A program made the position numbers and the translations under genes. Below are positions 18,766 through 27,919 of a DNA stretch of 64,000 bases, piece after piece. This DNA is from Ignavibacteriales bacterium. Its GTDB lineage: Bacteria; Bacteroidota; Ignavibacteria; Ignavibacteriales; SURF-24. A model generated the notes under the pieces. The model did no database searches. It was given only the letters and a program-made list of their open reading frames with translations, and was not told the origin of the DNA. Numbering within the stretch: the stretch's first letter is position 1; the number at the start of each line of letters is the position of its first letter. The stretch lies in assembly GCA_036261625.1 (NCBI GenBank), contig DATAKL010000034.1:125018-189017 (forward strand), given 5' to 3'.

Positions 18766-19176
18766 ATGATGCGGGTAGAAAATACTCAAATTGTGAGTGT
18801 AAGTTATTTTCTTACATTTGTCTACTGTCGGTACCTGTTAGAACTGATGGCCGGAAATGATCCGGACGATGATGAAATGGATGACGACGAAGAGATCATG
18901 CAGCCGGATATGGATGAGTTTACGGATGATGAGGACTTTGAAGATGAGGAGGATGATCTTTTGGACGAGGGCCTGGAAGATGAGGCTTTTGACGAGGAGG
19001 AAGAAGACGTTGATGATGAGGATGAAGACCTTGATGATGAGGATGAAGACCTTGATGATGACGATGAAGATTTTGATGAAGATGAAGACTTTGACGAGGA
19101 TGAAATCGAGGGCGACTTCGATATAGATGAAGATGAGGACGAGGATGATTTTGAAGATGATGAGGATTTGAAATAA
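18766..19176 (+). CDS. Hyperacidic low-complexity protein (136 aa)
   Basis: GGAGG at 18754-18758 precedes ATG 18766. The last 105 residues contain 77 D/E and a single basic residue, the terminal K. An alternative start is ATG 18847 (MAGNDPDD). Confidence 0.65.
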   Translation: MMRVENTQIVSVSYFLTFVYCRYLLELMAGNDPDDDEMDDDEEIMQPDMDEFTDDEDFEDEEDDLLDEGLEDEAFDEEEEDVDDEDEDLDDEDEDLDDDDEDFDEDEDFDEDEIEGDFDIDEDEDEDDFEDDEDLK

Positions 19177-19195
19177 AGACAAGGAAGGAATTGTT

Positions 19196-19696
19196 ATGGC
19201 AATAAAATCAATGCACGACCTTTTGGTGGATTCAGTAAAGGATATATACTATGCTGAAAAGCAGGTGTTAAAATCAATGCCGAGGATGATAAAGAAATTA
19301 TCATCCAATAACGTAAAAAAGGCATTTGAACAGCATTCGAAGGAAACCGAGAAACAGATTGCAAGACTTGAAAAGGTTTTCAGAGAGCTCAATATGGCGC
19401 CCAAGGCAAAGAAGTGCCCTGCTATCGACGGTATAATTCAGGAAGGCAGGGAAATAATGGATGAGATCGATAATCCCAATATAATGGATGCTGCAATTAT
19501 TGCCGCCGCACAGAAGATTGAACACTACGAGATTACTTCTTACGGCACAGCCAGAACTTTCGCAAATCATCTCGGGATGAACAAACTGGCCGGCCTGCTG
19601 CAGAATACACTTGATGAAGAGTATGCAACGGACGACAAGCTGACACAGATGGCGCAGAGCGAAGTCAACGTTGAAGCTGTGGAGGCGAGCTACTAG
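19196..19696 (+). CDS. Ferritin-like DUF892 protein (YciE/YciF family), paralog 2
   Basis: It shows the same architecture and motifs as 17995-18486 (AAQKIEHYEITSYG, LDEEYATDDKLT). Confidence 0.85.
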   Translation: MAIKSMHDLLVDSVKDIYYAEKQVLKSMPRMIKKLSSNNVKKAFEQHSKETEKQIARLEKVFRELNMAPKAKKCPAIDGIIQEGREIMDEIDNPNIMDAAIIAAAQKIEHYEITSYGTARTFANHLGMNKLAGLLQNTLDEEYATDDKLTQMAQSEVNVEAVEASY

Positions 19697-19753
19697 CCTG
19701 GTCCTTTGCCGAAAAGAAATTTCGGAATACCCATTTAGTGACTCCTATAATAT

Positions 19754-19806
19754 CTGCTTCTAATTGAATTTGTTGCAACAGATTTAATTAGAAGCAGTTC
19801 TTTTTG
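19754..19806 (+). terminator. Rho-independent terminator
   Basis: CTGCTTCTAATT...AATTAGAAGCAG stem followed by TTCTTTTT. Confidence 0.8.
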
Positions 19807-20091
19807 TGCAGCTCTTTTTCAGTGAAGCATTGTAAAATCAATATAGAAAAAAGGAAAGCTTTTTTGTACAGCCTCACAGAGCACTCTAAATGAAACGTAT
19901 TTATCAGTAGATTTTTATAGCTTTATTTATTTATAATAATTAAACGGCGCATTCTGCCCTGTAAACAGAAGGCATCCGGAAAATTTCATTTCGGGCGGCA
20001 GTGCAGCTTATTATCAGCTGATAACTATCAGCAGTTTTATCGTAAGTCTCATAGCTGAAGGGGAAACTATTTTGTCTGGAAGGAGAATTTA

Positions 20092-23000
20092 ATGGCCGCC
20101 GATGGGAAGTTCCTGGATGATAATCCATTGTGGTATAAAGATGGAATTATTTATCAGGTGCACGTAAAAGCATTCCGCGACAGCAATAACGACGGAATCG
20201 GAGATTTCCGTGGGCTACTGGAAAAACTGGATTATATTGAAAGCCTTGGAGTTACAACTATATGGCTGCTTCCATTTTATCCGTCTCCCCTTAGAGACGA
20301 CGGTTATGATATAGCAGATTACTACAATATTCATCCCCAGTACGGGATACTGGAGGATTTTAAGGACTTCCTCAAAGAATCGCACCGGCGCGGCATCAGG
20401 GTCATTACTGAGCTCGTCTTAAATCACACTTCAGACCAGCACAGATGGTTCCAGCTCTCCAGGATCAGCAAACCGGGTTCTCTGCAGAGGGATTATTACG
20501 TCTGGAGCGACACGCCTGAAAAGTACAAGGATGCCAGAATTATATTCGGCGACTTTGAAACTTCGAACTGGTCGTGGGATCCCGTAGCCAGGGCGTACTA
20601 CTGGCACCGCTTCTATGCGCATCAGCCGGATCTTAATTTCGATAATCCTCACGTCCATAAGGCTCTTTTCCGCGTAGTGGATTTCTGGTTTGACATGGGT
20701 GTAGACGGACTCAGGCTGGATGCCGTGCCCTACCTCTATGAGCGTGAAGGTACGGACTGTGAAAACCTTCCGGAGACGCACGAGTTCTTAAAGAGTCTTA
20801 ATGCATACGTGAAAAAGAGATTTAAGAACAGGATGCTTTTGGCCGAGGCCAACCAGTGGCCCGAAGATGCGGTGGAATATTTCGGAGGCGGAGATGAATG
20901 CCAGATGGCATTCCATTTCCCGCTCATGCCGAGGCTGTTCATGTCGCTTCAGATGGAAGACCGTTTTCCCATAATAGATATTCTGGAGCAGACCCCGGCC
21001 ATTCCAGTGACCTGCCAATGGGCAATGTTCCTTAGAAACCATGATGAACTGACACTTGAAATGGTTACAGACGAGGAACGCGACTATATGTACAGATTCT
21101 ATGCAAAGGATAACCGAGCCAGAATCAATCTCGGCATCAGGCGCCGCCTGGCTCCCCTGGTTGATAATAACCGCAGAAAGATTGAACTGCTTAATATTCT
21201 TCTTTTTTCATTTCCCGGAACACCCATAATCTATTATGGCGACGAGATTGGAATGGGGGACAATTACTACCTGGGCGACCGCAATGGAGTAAGAACGCCA
21301 ATGCAGTGGTCGCCTGACAGGAATGCGGGGTTTTCGGATGCCAATCCGCAGAAGCTTTTCCTGCCCGTAATAATTGATCCAGAATACCACTACGAAGCTG
21401 TAAATGTGGAGGTGCAGGAAAGGAGTTCTTCAAGCCTGCTCTGGTGGATGAAAAGGGCCATTGCGGTCAGGAAAAGCCATAAGGCCTTCGGGCGGGGAAC
21501 GCTTGAATTTCTTTCGCCGGCAAATCCCAAGGTGCTTGCTTTCGTAAGGAAATATGAGTCGGAAGCGATCCTTGTAGTTGTAAACCTTTCCAGGTTCCCT
21601 CAGGTGGCCGAACTGGATATGACAAAGTATAAGGGCTTCAGCCCTGTCGAGGCCTTCAGCAGAAACAAATTCCCCATAATCGGGGAAACCTCCTACATGC
21701 TTACATTAAATCCCTATGACTATTACTGGTTTATTCTTGAACAGGAAGAGGCTCTGGTTCCTACCGAGGGGAAAAAGATCCCTGAAATCAGCGTAAAAGG
21801 AAGCTGGAAAAATATTCTGAAAGGGGAGATAAGGGCGATCTTTGAGGATACGATCTTAAACCACTATGTAAAGCAGTGTGAGTGGTTTGATGGTGACCCC
21901 TTAAGAGTCCAGAATGTAAAGATCGAAGATGAAATACATATTCCGGATACTTCAGGTAACGAGGTGCTGCTTATAGTAAAAGTCAGCTACCTGGACAGGG
22001 TTCCGGAGCTTTATCTTCTTCCTGTCTCGGCAGGAGGTGATGAAAATGCAAGGAAGATATCGCAGTCATTCCCGAATGCCGCCATTGCATGTCTTAATAC
22101 TGATGGGCAGCTTCATACACTTTACGACGGCATTTATGATGATACATTCCGCCAGGAATTCCTGAAGATGCTCTTACGCAGGCGCAACATTCAAGGTGAG
22201 TCCGGCGGAGAACTCAAGGCGAGCATTGAAAAAAGGATAAAGAGCATTTTCTCGGGCGGCAGGATCTATACATCCTCGCAGGTGCAGAGAATGGATAAAA
22301 GAAATATAAATCTTCTCTATGGCGAGAGCCTGACCGTAAAGCTCTACAGAAAGCTCGAAGAAGGGGTAAACCCCGGGGTTGAAATACTAAAGCTTTTGAC
22401 TGAGAGGACAGGCTTTGATAATATTCCTCCCTACGGAGGAGCAATAATGTATTTCAGGAACAATCTTCCGCCGGTAACCCTGGGAGTGCTTAAGGAGTTT
22501 GTGGTATACCAGAGCGACGGATACTCTTACATAATTGACGTTGTCAAGAAGCATTTTGATAATGTGCTGGCCTTACAGAGTGATAAGGCAGGGGGACTTC
22601 CCGTAATATCTTCCTTTCTCTCGGAACTCGCCCAGCTGAAAGCATCGCCCTATTTTAGTGAGATCGTCGAGAGGATCAATATCGAAATGGTCAGCCTCCT
22701 TGGAAAAAGAACTGGGGAAATGCACCTGGCACTTTATTCATTGATGGATGATCCGGCATTCAGCCCTGAGGCATTTTCGATGCTTTATCAGAGGTCCATT
22801 TACCAGTCGGTAAGGAGCCTCCTGAGGAGCACATACAGGCTCTTAAACAGAAATATACCATTTATGCCTGAAGATCTGAAGAAAGAGGCAAATGGGCTTC
22901 TTGCGCTTGAACAGCCGCTTTTGTCCTTTGTATCAAAAATACTGGCCGCAAAACTTCCGGCTAAGAAGATCCGTATTCACGGCGATTACCATTTAGGTCA

Positions 23001-23460
23001 GGTGCTCTTTACAGGAAAGGACTTTGTGATAACCAATTTCGAGGGGCCGGAAAACCAGTCCGTAAGTGAAAGAAAGCTTAAACGCTCCCCGCTAAGGGAT
23101 GCCGCAGGAATGATCTGGTCTTTCCATTACGCCGCTTATACAGCACTGCTTGAGTATAAATCCTCGCGCTCAGAGGACATCTCGCTCCTGGAATCTTTTG
23201 CCGAGCAGTGGTGGCTCTGGATGGGAAGTGCCTTCATGCAGTCCTACTATGACACAGTACAGCAGACAGGGCTTCTGCCGCCGGGGAAGGATGATCTGGA
23301 ATATATGCTGCACGTCTATCTGCTGGAGAAAAAGCTGAGTGAACTTCATTATGCTCTGTCAAAACACCTGGACGAAGCCTACATCCCGATAAAGGGGATC
23401 GAATATTTCTCCAGGTTTATTCTGAAGGAAGGGAGACATGAAAACTCCCTGAAAACCTAA
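20092..23460 (+). CDS. treS: Trehalose synthase (maltose alpha-D-glucosyltransferase) fused to maltokinase (TreS-Mak/Pep2)
   Basis: 1122 aa. The N-terminal half is GH13 TreS (WYKDGIIYQVHVKAFRDSNNDGIGDFRG, GVDGLRLDAVPYL, FLRNHDELTLE). The C-terminal kinase-like domain carries IHGDYHLGQVLF. GGAGG precedes the ATG. Confidence 0.9.
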   Translation: MAADGKFLDDNPLWYKDGIIYQVHVKAFRDSNNDGIGDFRGLLEKLDYIESLGVTTIWLLPFYPSPLRDDGYDIADYYNIHPQYGILEDFKDFLKESHRRGIRVITELVLNHTSDQHRWFQLSRISKPGSLQRDYYVWSDTPEKYKDARIIFGDFETSNWSWDPVARAYYWHRFYAHQPDLNFDNPHVHKALFRVVDFWFDMGVDGLRLDAVPYLYEREGTDCENLPETHEFLKSLNAYVKKRFKNRMLLAEANQWPEDAVEYFGGGDECQMAFHFPLMPRLFMSLQMEDRFPIIDILEQTPAIPVTCQWAMFLRNHDELTLEMVTDEERDYMYRFYAKDNRARINLGIRRRLAPLVDNNRRKIELLNILLFSFPGTPIIYYGDEIGMGDNYYLGDRNGVRTPMQWSPDRNAGFSDANPQKLFLPVIIDPEYHYEAVNVEVQERSSSSLLWWMKRAIAVRKSHKAFGRGTLEFLSPANPKVLAFVRKYESEAILVVVNLSRFPQVAELDMTKYKGFSPVEAFSRNKFPIIGETSYMLTLNPYDYYWFILEQEEALVPTEGKKIPEISVKGSWKNILKGEIRAIFEDTILNHYVKQCEWFDGDPLRVQNVKIEDEIHIPDTSGNEVLLIVKVSYLDRVPELYLLPVSAGGDENARKISQSFPNAAIACLNTDGQLHTLYDGIYDDTFRQEFLKMLLRRRNIQGESGGELKASIEKRIKSIFSGGRIYTSSQVQRMDKRNINLLYGESLTVKLYRKLEEGVNPGVEILKLLTERTGFDNIPPYGGAIMYFRNNLPPVTLGVLKEFVVYQSDGYSYIIDVVKKHFDNVLALQSDKAGGLPVISSFLSELAQLKASPYFSEIVERINIEMVSLLGKRTGEMHLALYSLMDDPAFSPEAFSMLYQRSIYQSVRSLLRSTYRLLNRNIPFMPEDLKKEANGLLALEQPLLSFVSKILAAKLPAKKIRIHGDYHLGQVLFTGKDFVITNFEGPENQSVSERKLKRSPLRDAAGMIWSFHYAAYTALLEYKSSRSEDISLLESFAEQWWLWMGSAFMQSYYDTVQQTGLLPPGKDDLEYMLHVYLLEKKLSELHYALSKHLDEAYIPIKGIEYFSRFILKEGRHENSLKT

Positions 23461-23539
23461 GCCATCATGCGGCAGTAAGTTGACGGCGGTAGTTTATTGC
23501 CAGTATAAGTTATTTGTAAGATTTTTTTTTAGGTGGGTT

Positions 23540-25372
23540 ATGAGAATAGGCGCAGACTATTCAGGTTCTGGGAAATGTGAGTTTGTGGTTTGGTCACCAG
23601 TTGCAGAAAAAATGGAAGTTAAAATCCTTGACGGCAAGCAACGGATTATCCCAATGCACAGGGATGAAGAATTCTATTGGAAAGCTGAGGCGGAAAATAT
23701 AAAACCGGGGCAGCATTATTTCTACAGGATCAACGGCGAAACTGACCGCAGCGATCCGGCAAGCAATTCGCAGCCCATGGATGTGCACGGCCCTTCTGAA
23801 ATTATAGACCACAGTGCATATAAATGGACGGATAACGCCTGGCAGGGCATTCCGTTAACAAATTATATTATCTACGAAATGCATATAGGGACTTTTACCC
23901 CTGAGGGAACTTTTGATGCGGCGGCCGGGAGGCTTAACGACCTCAAAACGCTTGGCATTACAGCAGTTGAGATAATGCCAGTTTCCCAGTTTCCGGGAGA
24001 AAGAAACTGGGGATACGACGGGGTTTATCCCTTTGCGGTGCAAAGTTCATACGGCGGTGTAAAAGGACTGAAACATTTTGTAGATGAGTGCCACAGCAAG
24101 GGGCTGGCAGTAGTACTTGACGTGGTCTATAACCATTTCGGTCCTGCCGGCAATTACCTGCACAGCTACGGTCCTTATTTTACTTCAAAATACAGGACTC
24201 CCTGGGGGGATGCTGTTAATTTTGATGAGGAATATAGCGACGGCGTAAGAAATTACTTTATTGAAAATGTCCTCTACTGGTTCAGAAATTTTCATATCGA
24301 CTCGCTCAGGCTGGATGCAGTTCACAGCATGTATGACTTCAGTGCAAAGCATATTCTTGAGGAAATGACGGAGCTGACGGATCACTTCTCAAAGGCAGAA
24401 GGGAAAAAGCATTTCCTAATACTTGAAAGCGACTTGAACGACGTAAGAGTAATCAACCCTCGGGAGATCGGCGGCTACGGCTGCCATGCGCAGTGGAGCG
24501 ACGACTTTCATCACGCACTTCATACCCTTCTTACGGGTGAAAAGTCGGGCTACTACATGGATTTCGGGAAAGTCTCTGATATGGCTAAAGCCCTGAAAGG
24601 AAGCTTTATCTATACGGGGCAGTTTTCCCGTTCGCGCAAAAGAAGGCACGGCAATGATCCCTCCGAAAGGCACACATTTCAGTTTGTTGTCAGCACACAG
24701 AATCACGACCAGATTGGAAACAGGGCTTTTGGTGAAAGGCTCTCAAGCCTTGTCACATTTGAGGCTGCAAAGCTTGCTGCCGGGGTTATGCTCCTCTCAC
24801 CTTACATTCCGATGCTGTTTATGGGGGAGGAGTACGCCGGTGACACGCCGTTCCAGTATTTCGTAAGCCACAATGATCCGGTTTTGGTAAAGGCCGTTCA
24901 GGATGGAAGAAAACAGGAGTTCAAGGCTTTCAAGTGGAAAGACGAGGTCCCCGATCCTCAGAGCGAAGAGACATTTATGAATTCAAAACTGAATTGGAAT
25001 GAAAGACTGTTAGGAAAGCATAAGGTAATGCTCGAATTCTATAAGGAGCTCATAAGGCTTAGAAATACTCTGCCGGCCCTGAAGAATTTCGACAGAAACG
25101 ATATGCAGGTAAGGGAGATTGAGGAAGAGAAGGTGATCTTCTTCCACAGGTGGAAGCAAAAAAATGCTGCTTACATGATAATGAATTTTAACGATATGGA
25201 AGTTGCAGCCTACGTGCCCACGCCGAAGGGCACATGGAAAAAGGTTTTAGATTCAGCTGATGAGAAATGGATGGGCTATGGCTCCCAAATGCCGGAAGTA
25301 TTGGATAAGATGCAGGATGTTACAATTAAAGAATTCAGCTTGGCTCTTTATGAGCTTCAGGTGAAAGGATAA
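23540..25372 (+). CDS. treZ: Malto-oligosyltrehalose trehalohydrolase
   Basis: GH13 blocks are present (VVLDVVYNHFGP, IDSLRLDAVHSM, ILESDLND, VVSTQNHDQIGNR), with an N-terminal E-set-like region. I place the start at ATG 23540 after AGGTGG. The ORF-track start is 23480. Confidence 0.88.
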   Translation: MRIGADYSGSGKCEFVVWSPVAEKMEVKILDGKQRIIPMHRDEEFYWKAEAENIKPGQHYFYRINGETDRSDPASNSQPMDVHGPSEIIDHSAYKWTDNAWQGIPLTNYIIYEMHIGTFTPEGTFDAAAGRLNDLKTLGITAVEIMPVSQFPGERNWGYDGVYPFAVQSSYGGVKGLKHFVDECHSKGLAVVLDVVYNHFGPAGNYLHSYGPYFTSKYRTPWGDAVNFDEEYSDGVRNYFIENVLYWFRNFHIDSLRLDAVHSMYDFSAKHILEEMTELTDHFSKAEGKKHFLILESDLNDVRVINPREIGGYGCHAQWSDDFHHALHTLLTGEKSGYYMDFGKVSDMAKALKGSFIYTGQFSRSRKRRHGNDPSERHTFQFVVSTQNHDQIGNRAFGERLSSLVTFEAAKLAAGVMLLSPYIPMLFMGEEYAGDTPFQYFVSHNDPVLVKAVQDGRKQEFKAFKWKDEVPDPQSEETFMNSKLNWNERLLGKHKVMLEFYKELIRLRNTLPALKNFDRNDMQVREIEEEKVIFFHRWKQKNAAYMIMNFNDMEVAAYVPTPKGTWKKVLDSADEKWMGYGSQMPEVLDKMQDVTIKEFSLALYELQVKG

Positions 25373-25386
25373 TTAAAGGAGAAAGA

Positions 25387-27816
25387 ATGAACAGATACGT
25401 ATGTATTCACGGACACTTTTATCAGCCCCCGAGGGAGAACCCATGGCTGGAGGAAATTGAAGTACAGGATTCGGCCTACCCGTACCGCGACTGGAATGAA
25501 AGAATTACTGCCGAATGCTACAGCCCGAATACGGCTGCCCGCATTCAGGCCGGAGACGGCACGGTTCTGGACATAATTAATAACTATACAAAAATGAGCT
25601 TTAATTTCGGACCCACGCTCTTATCCTGGATGGAGAAACACGCGCCTGACACGTATGAAAGCATTATTCAGGCTGACGTGGAAAGCCGTGAACTTTATTC
25701 CGGACACGGCTCGGCTATTGCACAGGTCTACAATCATATGATTATGCCCCTGGCCAATACGAACGACAAGCGCACGCAGGTAATCTGGGGCATTGCAGAC
25801 TTTAAGTACCGCTTCGGGCGCGATCCTGAAGGGATGTGGCTTGCTGAGACAGCAGTGGATAACGAAACTCTGGATATTCTTGCAGAGTACGGAATCAAGT
25901 TTACAATTTTGGCTCCCAGACAGGCCAAGACAATTAAACCGCTCGATTCGGATGAGTGGACGGACGTCAGTAACGCTTCAATCGATCCCAAAATGGCATA
26001 CCTCTGCAGGCTTCCCTCGGGAAGGACAATTAACCTCTTCTTCTACGACGGCCCCATATCGCAGGAGCTGGCTTTCGGCGACCTGTTAAAAAACGGCGAA
26101 AACCTCGCCAACCGGCTTATCGGCACCTTCAGGGAAGATGACTCCCCCCAGCTGGCAAATATAGCTACTGACGGTGAAACCTACGGCCACCATGCAAAAC
26201 ACGGCGATATGGCACTTGCTTACTGTCTGAGCTTTATTGAAACAAATAACCTCGCCAGGATCACGGTCTACGGCGAGTTTTTGGAGAAATATCCCCCGTC
26301 ACATGAAGTCGAAATTATTGAGGATACATCCTGGAGCTGCATACACGGAATTGAAAGGTGGCGAAGCAACTGCGGCTGTAATACTGGACGCCCGGGCTGG
26401 GGGCAGGAATGGAGAGCCCCATTGAGGGAAGCTCTGGACTGGCTCAGGGACTCGCTTATCGGATTCTTTGAAAAAGGTGTTGCCGGCTTTACGGAGGCAC
26501 CCTGGGAACTCAGAAACGATTATATAGAGGTCATCTTGGACAGAAGTCCCGAGAACCTGGATAAATTCTTCTCCCGTTTTGCTTCAGACAATCTTACAGA
26601 TGAGAAGAAAACAAGAATTCTGAAGTTCCTTGAGATGGAACGCCATGCGCTTTTAATGTACACAAGCTGCGGATGGTTTTTTGACGAGATCTCGGGCATC
26701 GAGACCATTCAGGTTATAATGTACGCCGGGCGTGCAATTCAGCTGGCAAGGGAGCTTGGCGGGCCCGACCTGGAAGGCGAATTTATTCAGCGCCTTGAGA
26801 AAGCTCCGAGCAATATTCCTGAGGTCCAGAATGGCGGACATGCCTATGAAATGTACGTTAAACCCGCCTTTATCGATATGCTCAGGGTTGCAGGCCACTT
26901 TGCCATTAAAGCCCTCTTCGAGGATAAAAAAGAAGAGGAGGGTATAGAAATGTTCAGCTACAGGGTTTCAGATGAACAGTACGAGAAATTTGAAGCAGGC
27001 AGGCAGAAGATGATCATCGGGCGGGCACAGATGCATTCAAACATAACGCTGGAGAATTTCCAGGTCAGCTTTGCGGTTATACATTTTGGCGATCAGACCG
27101 TAAACGGAGGCGTAAGGCAATTTCAGGGAGATGAACCTTTCAATCTGATGAAGGAAGAGCTTAAGGAGGCATTCCAGAGATTGAATGTTGTTGAAATGGT
27201 ACTCCTTCTCGATAAACACTTCGGTACCCATAATTTCACTTTGTGGCACCTCTTTAAGGATGAAAGCCGTAAGGTATTCAACATAATAATGCACAAGACG
27301 CTTGAGGAAATAGAGTTTTCATTCCGCCAGATCTATGAAAACCATTATCCCCTCATGCAGGCCCTTCTGGAGGCAAGACTTCCATTGCCGAAAGCAATTT
27401 CAACAGCAGTGGAGTTTGTGATCAATTCGGATATACTTAAAATCCTGCAAAACAAAGGGCCGATAAACCATGAAGAACTTAAGAGGCTCTCTGACGAGGC
27501 CAGGAAATGGTCCATTGCCATAGACACACAAAGGCTGAGCTATGTGGCTTCCAAAAGGATCAATAAACTGGCGCAGAGACTGGCTGAAAATCCGATGGAT
27601 ACCGGCATTATGAATGAGATGGCAGACAATCTGACCTCACTCCACCGCATTGGACTCGATATGAACCTGTGGAAAGCACAGAATATACTGTTCTATATGG
27701 GGCAGGAGCATCTGCTGCCGATGAGGTCGAAGGCCCGGAAGGGTACCCAGTATGCAAAGAAATGGATGGAAGATTTCAGGAAACTGGAACAGGAAATGCA
27801 GGTAAAGCTGGAGTAA
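25387..27816 (+). CDS. Glycoside hydrolase family 57 protein with a long C-terminal (DUF3536-type) domain
   Basis: GH57 conserved regions can be read directly: HGHFYQPPRENPW, GMWLAETAV (nucleophile Glu region) and ATDGETYGHH (acid/base Asp region). It is 809 aa. Confidence 0.85.
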   Translation: MNRYVCIHGHFYQPPRENPWLEEIEVQDSAYPYRDWNERITAECYSPNTAARIQAGDGTVLDIINNYTKMSFNFGPTLLSWMEKHAPDTYESIIQADVESRELYSGHGSAIAQVYNHMIMPLANTNDKRTQVIWGIADFKYRFGRDPEGMWLAETAVDNETLDILAEYGIKFTILAPRQAKTIKPLDSDEWTDVSNASIDPKMAYLCRLPSGRTINLFFYDGPISQELAFGDLLKNGENLANRLIGTFREDDSPQLANIATDGETYGHHAKHGDMALAYCLSFIETNNLARITVYGEFLEKYPPSHEVEIIEDTSWSCIHGIERWRSNCGCNTGRPGWGQEWRAPLREALDWLRDSLIGFFEKGVAGFTEAPWELRNDYIEVILDRSPENLDKFFSRFASDNLTDEKKTRILKFLEMERHALLMYTSCGWFFDEISGIETIQVIMYAGRAIQLARELGGPDLEGEFIQRLEKAPSNIPEVQNGGHAYEMYVKPAFIDMLRVAGHFAIKALFEDKKEEEGIEMFSYRVSDEQYEKFEAGRQKMIIGRAQMHSNITLENFQVSFAVIHFGDQTVNGGVRQFQGDEPFNLMKEELKEAFQRLNVVEMVLLLDKHFGTHNFTLWHLFKDESRKVFNIIMHKTLEEIEFSFRQIYENHYPLMQALLEARLPLPKAISTAVEFVINSDILKILQNKGPINHEELKRLSDEARKWSIAIDTQRLSYVASKRINKLAQRLAENPMDTGIMNEMADNLTSLHRIGLDMNLWKAQNILFYMGQEHLLPMRSKARKGTQYAKKWMEDFRKLEQEMQVKLE

Positions 27817-27857
27817 AGTGTTCAGGCACCGGCTCAAAATTATATTCTCTTTCTGCG

Positions 27858-27919
27858 GCAGAAGACCTCAGATGGTGAGGTCTTCAGATGGTGAGGTCTT
27901 CAGATGGTGAGGTCTTCTG
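27858..27919 (+). repeat. Hairpin with one 5' arm and a triplicated 16-bp 3' arm
   Basis: CAGAAGACCTCA (27859-27870) is followed by three tandem copies of CAGATGGTGAGGTCTT (27869-27916). Only the third copy restores the full 12-bp complement TGAGGTCTTCTG (27908-27919). Confidence 0.9.

Noticed and set aside
18838-19182. A 114-aa minus-strand ORF (I/L/F/K-rich) and an 89-aa plus-strand alternate-frame ORF (18857-19126) overlap the hyperacidic gene.
   Set aside because: Both are mechanical consequences of the GAT/GAA repeat. Its reverse complement reads ATC/TTC and its shifted frame reads ATG/AAG. Neither has an SD, and their compositions are low complexity.
19940-20128. A 62-aa minus-strand ORF overlaps the treS start.
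   Set aside because: It overlaps the treS SD and start codon on the opposite strand and has no start context or family resemblance.
27869-27916. Three 16-bp direct repeats were considered as a possible mini-CRISPR.
   Set aside because: The repeats are contiguous with no spacers and are far shorter than CRISPR repeats. No cas genes are present. They are better explained as a triplicated hairpin arm.
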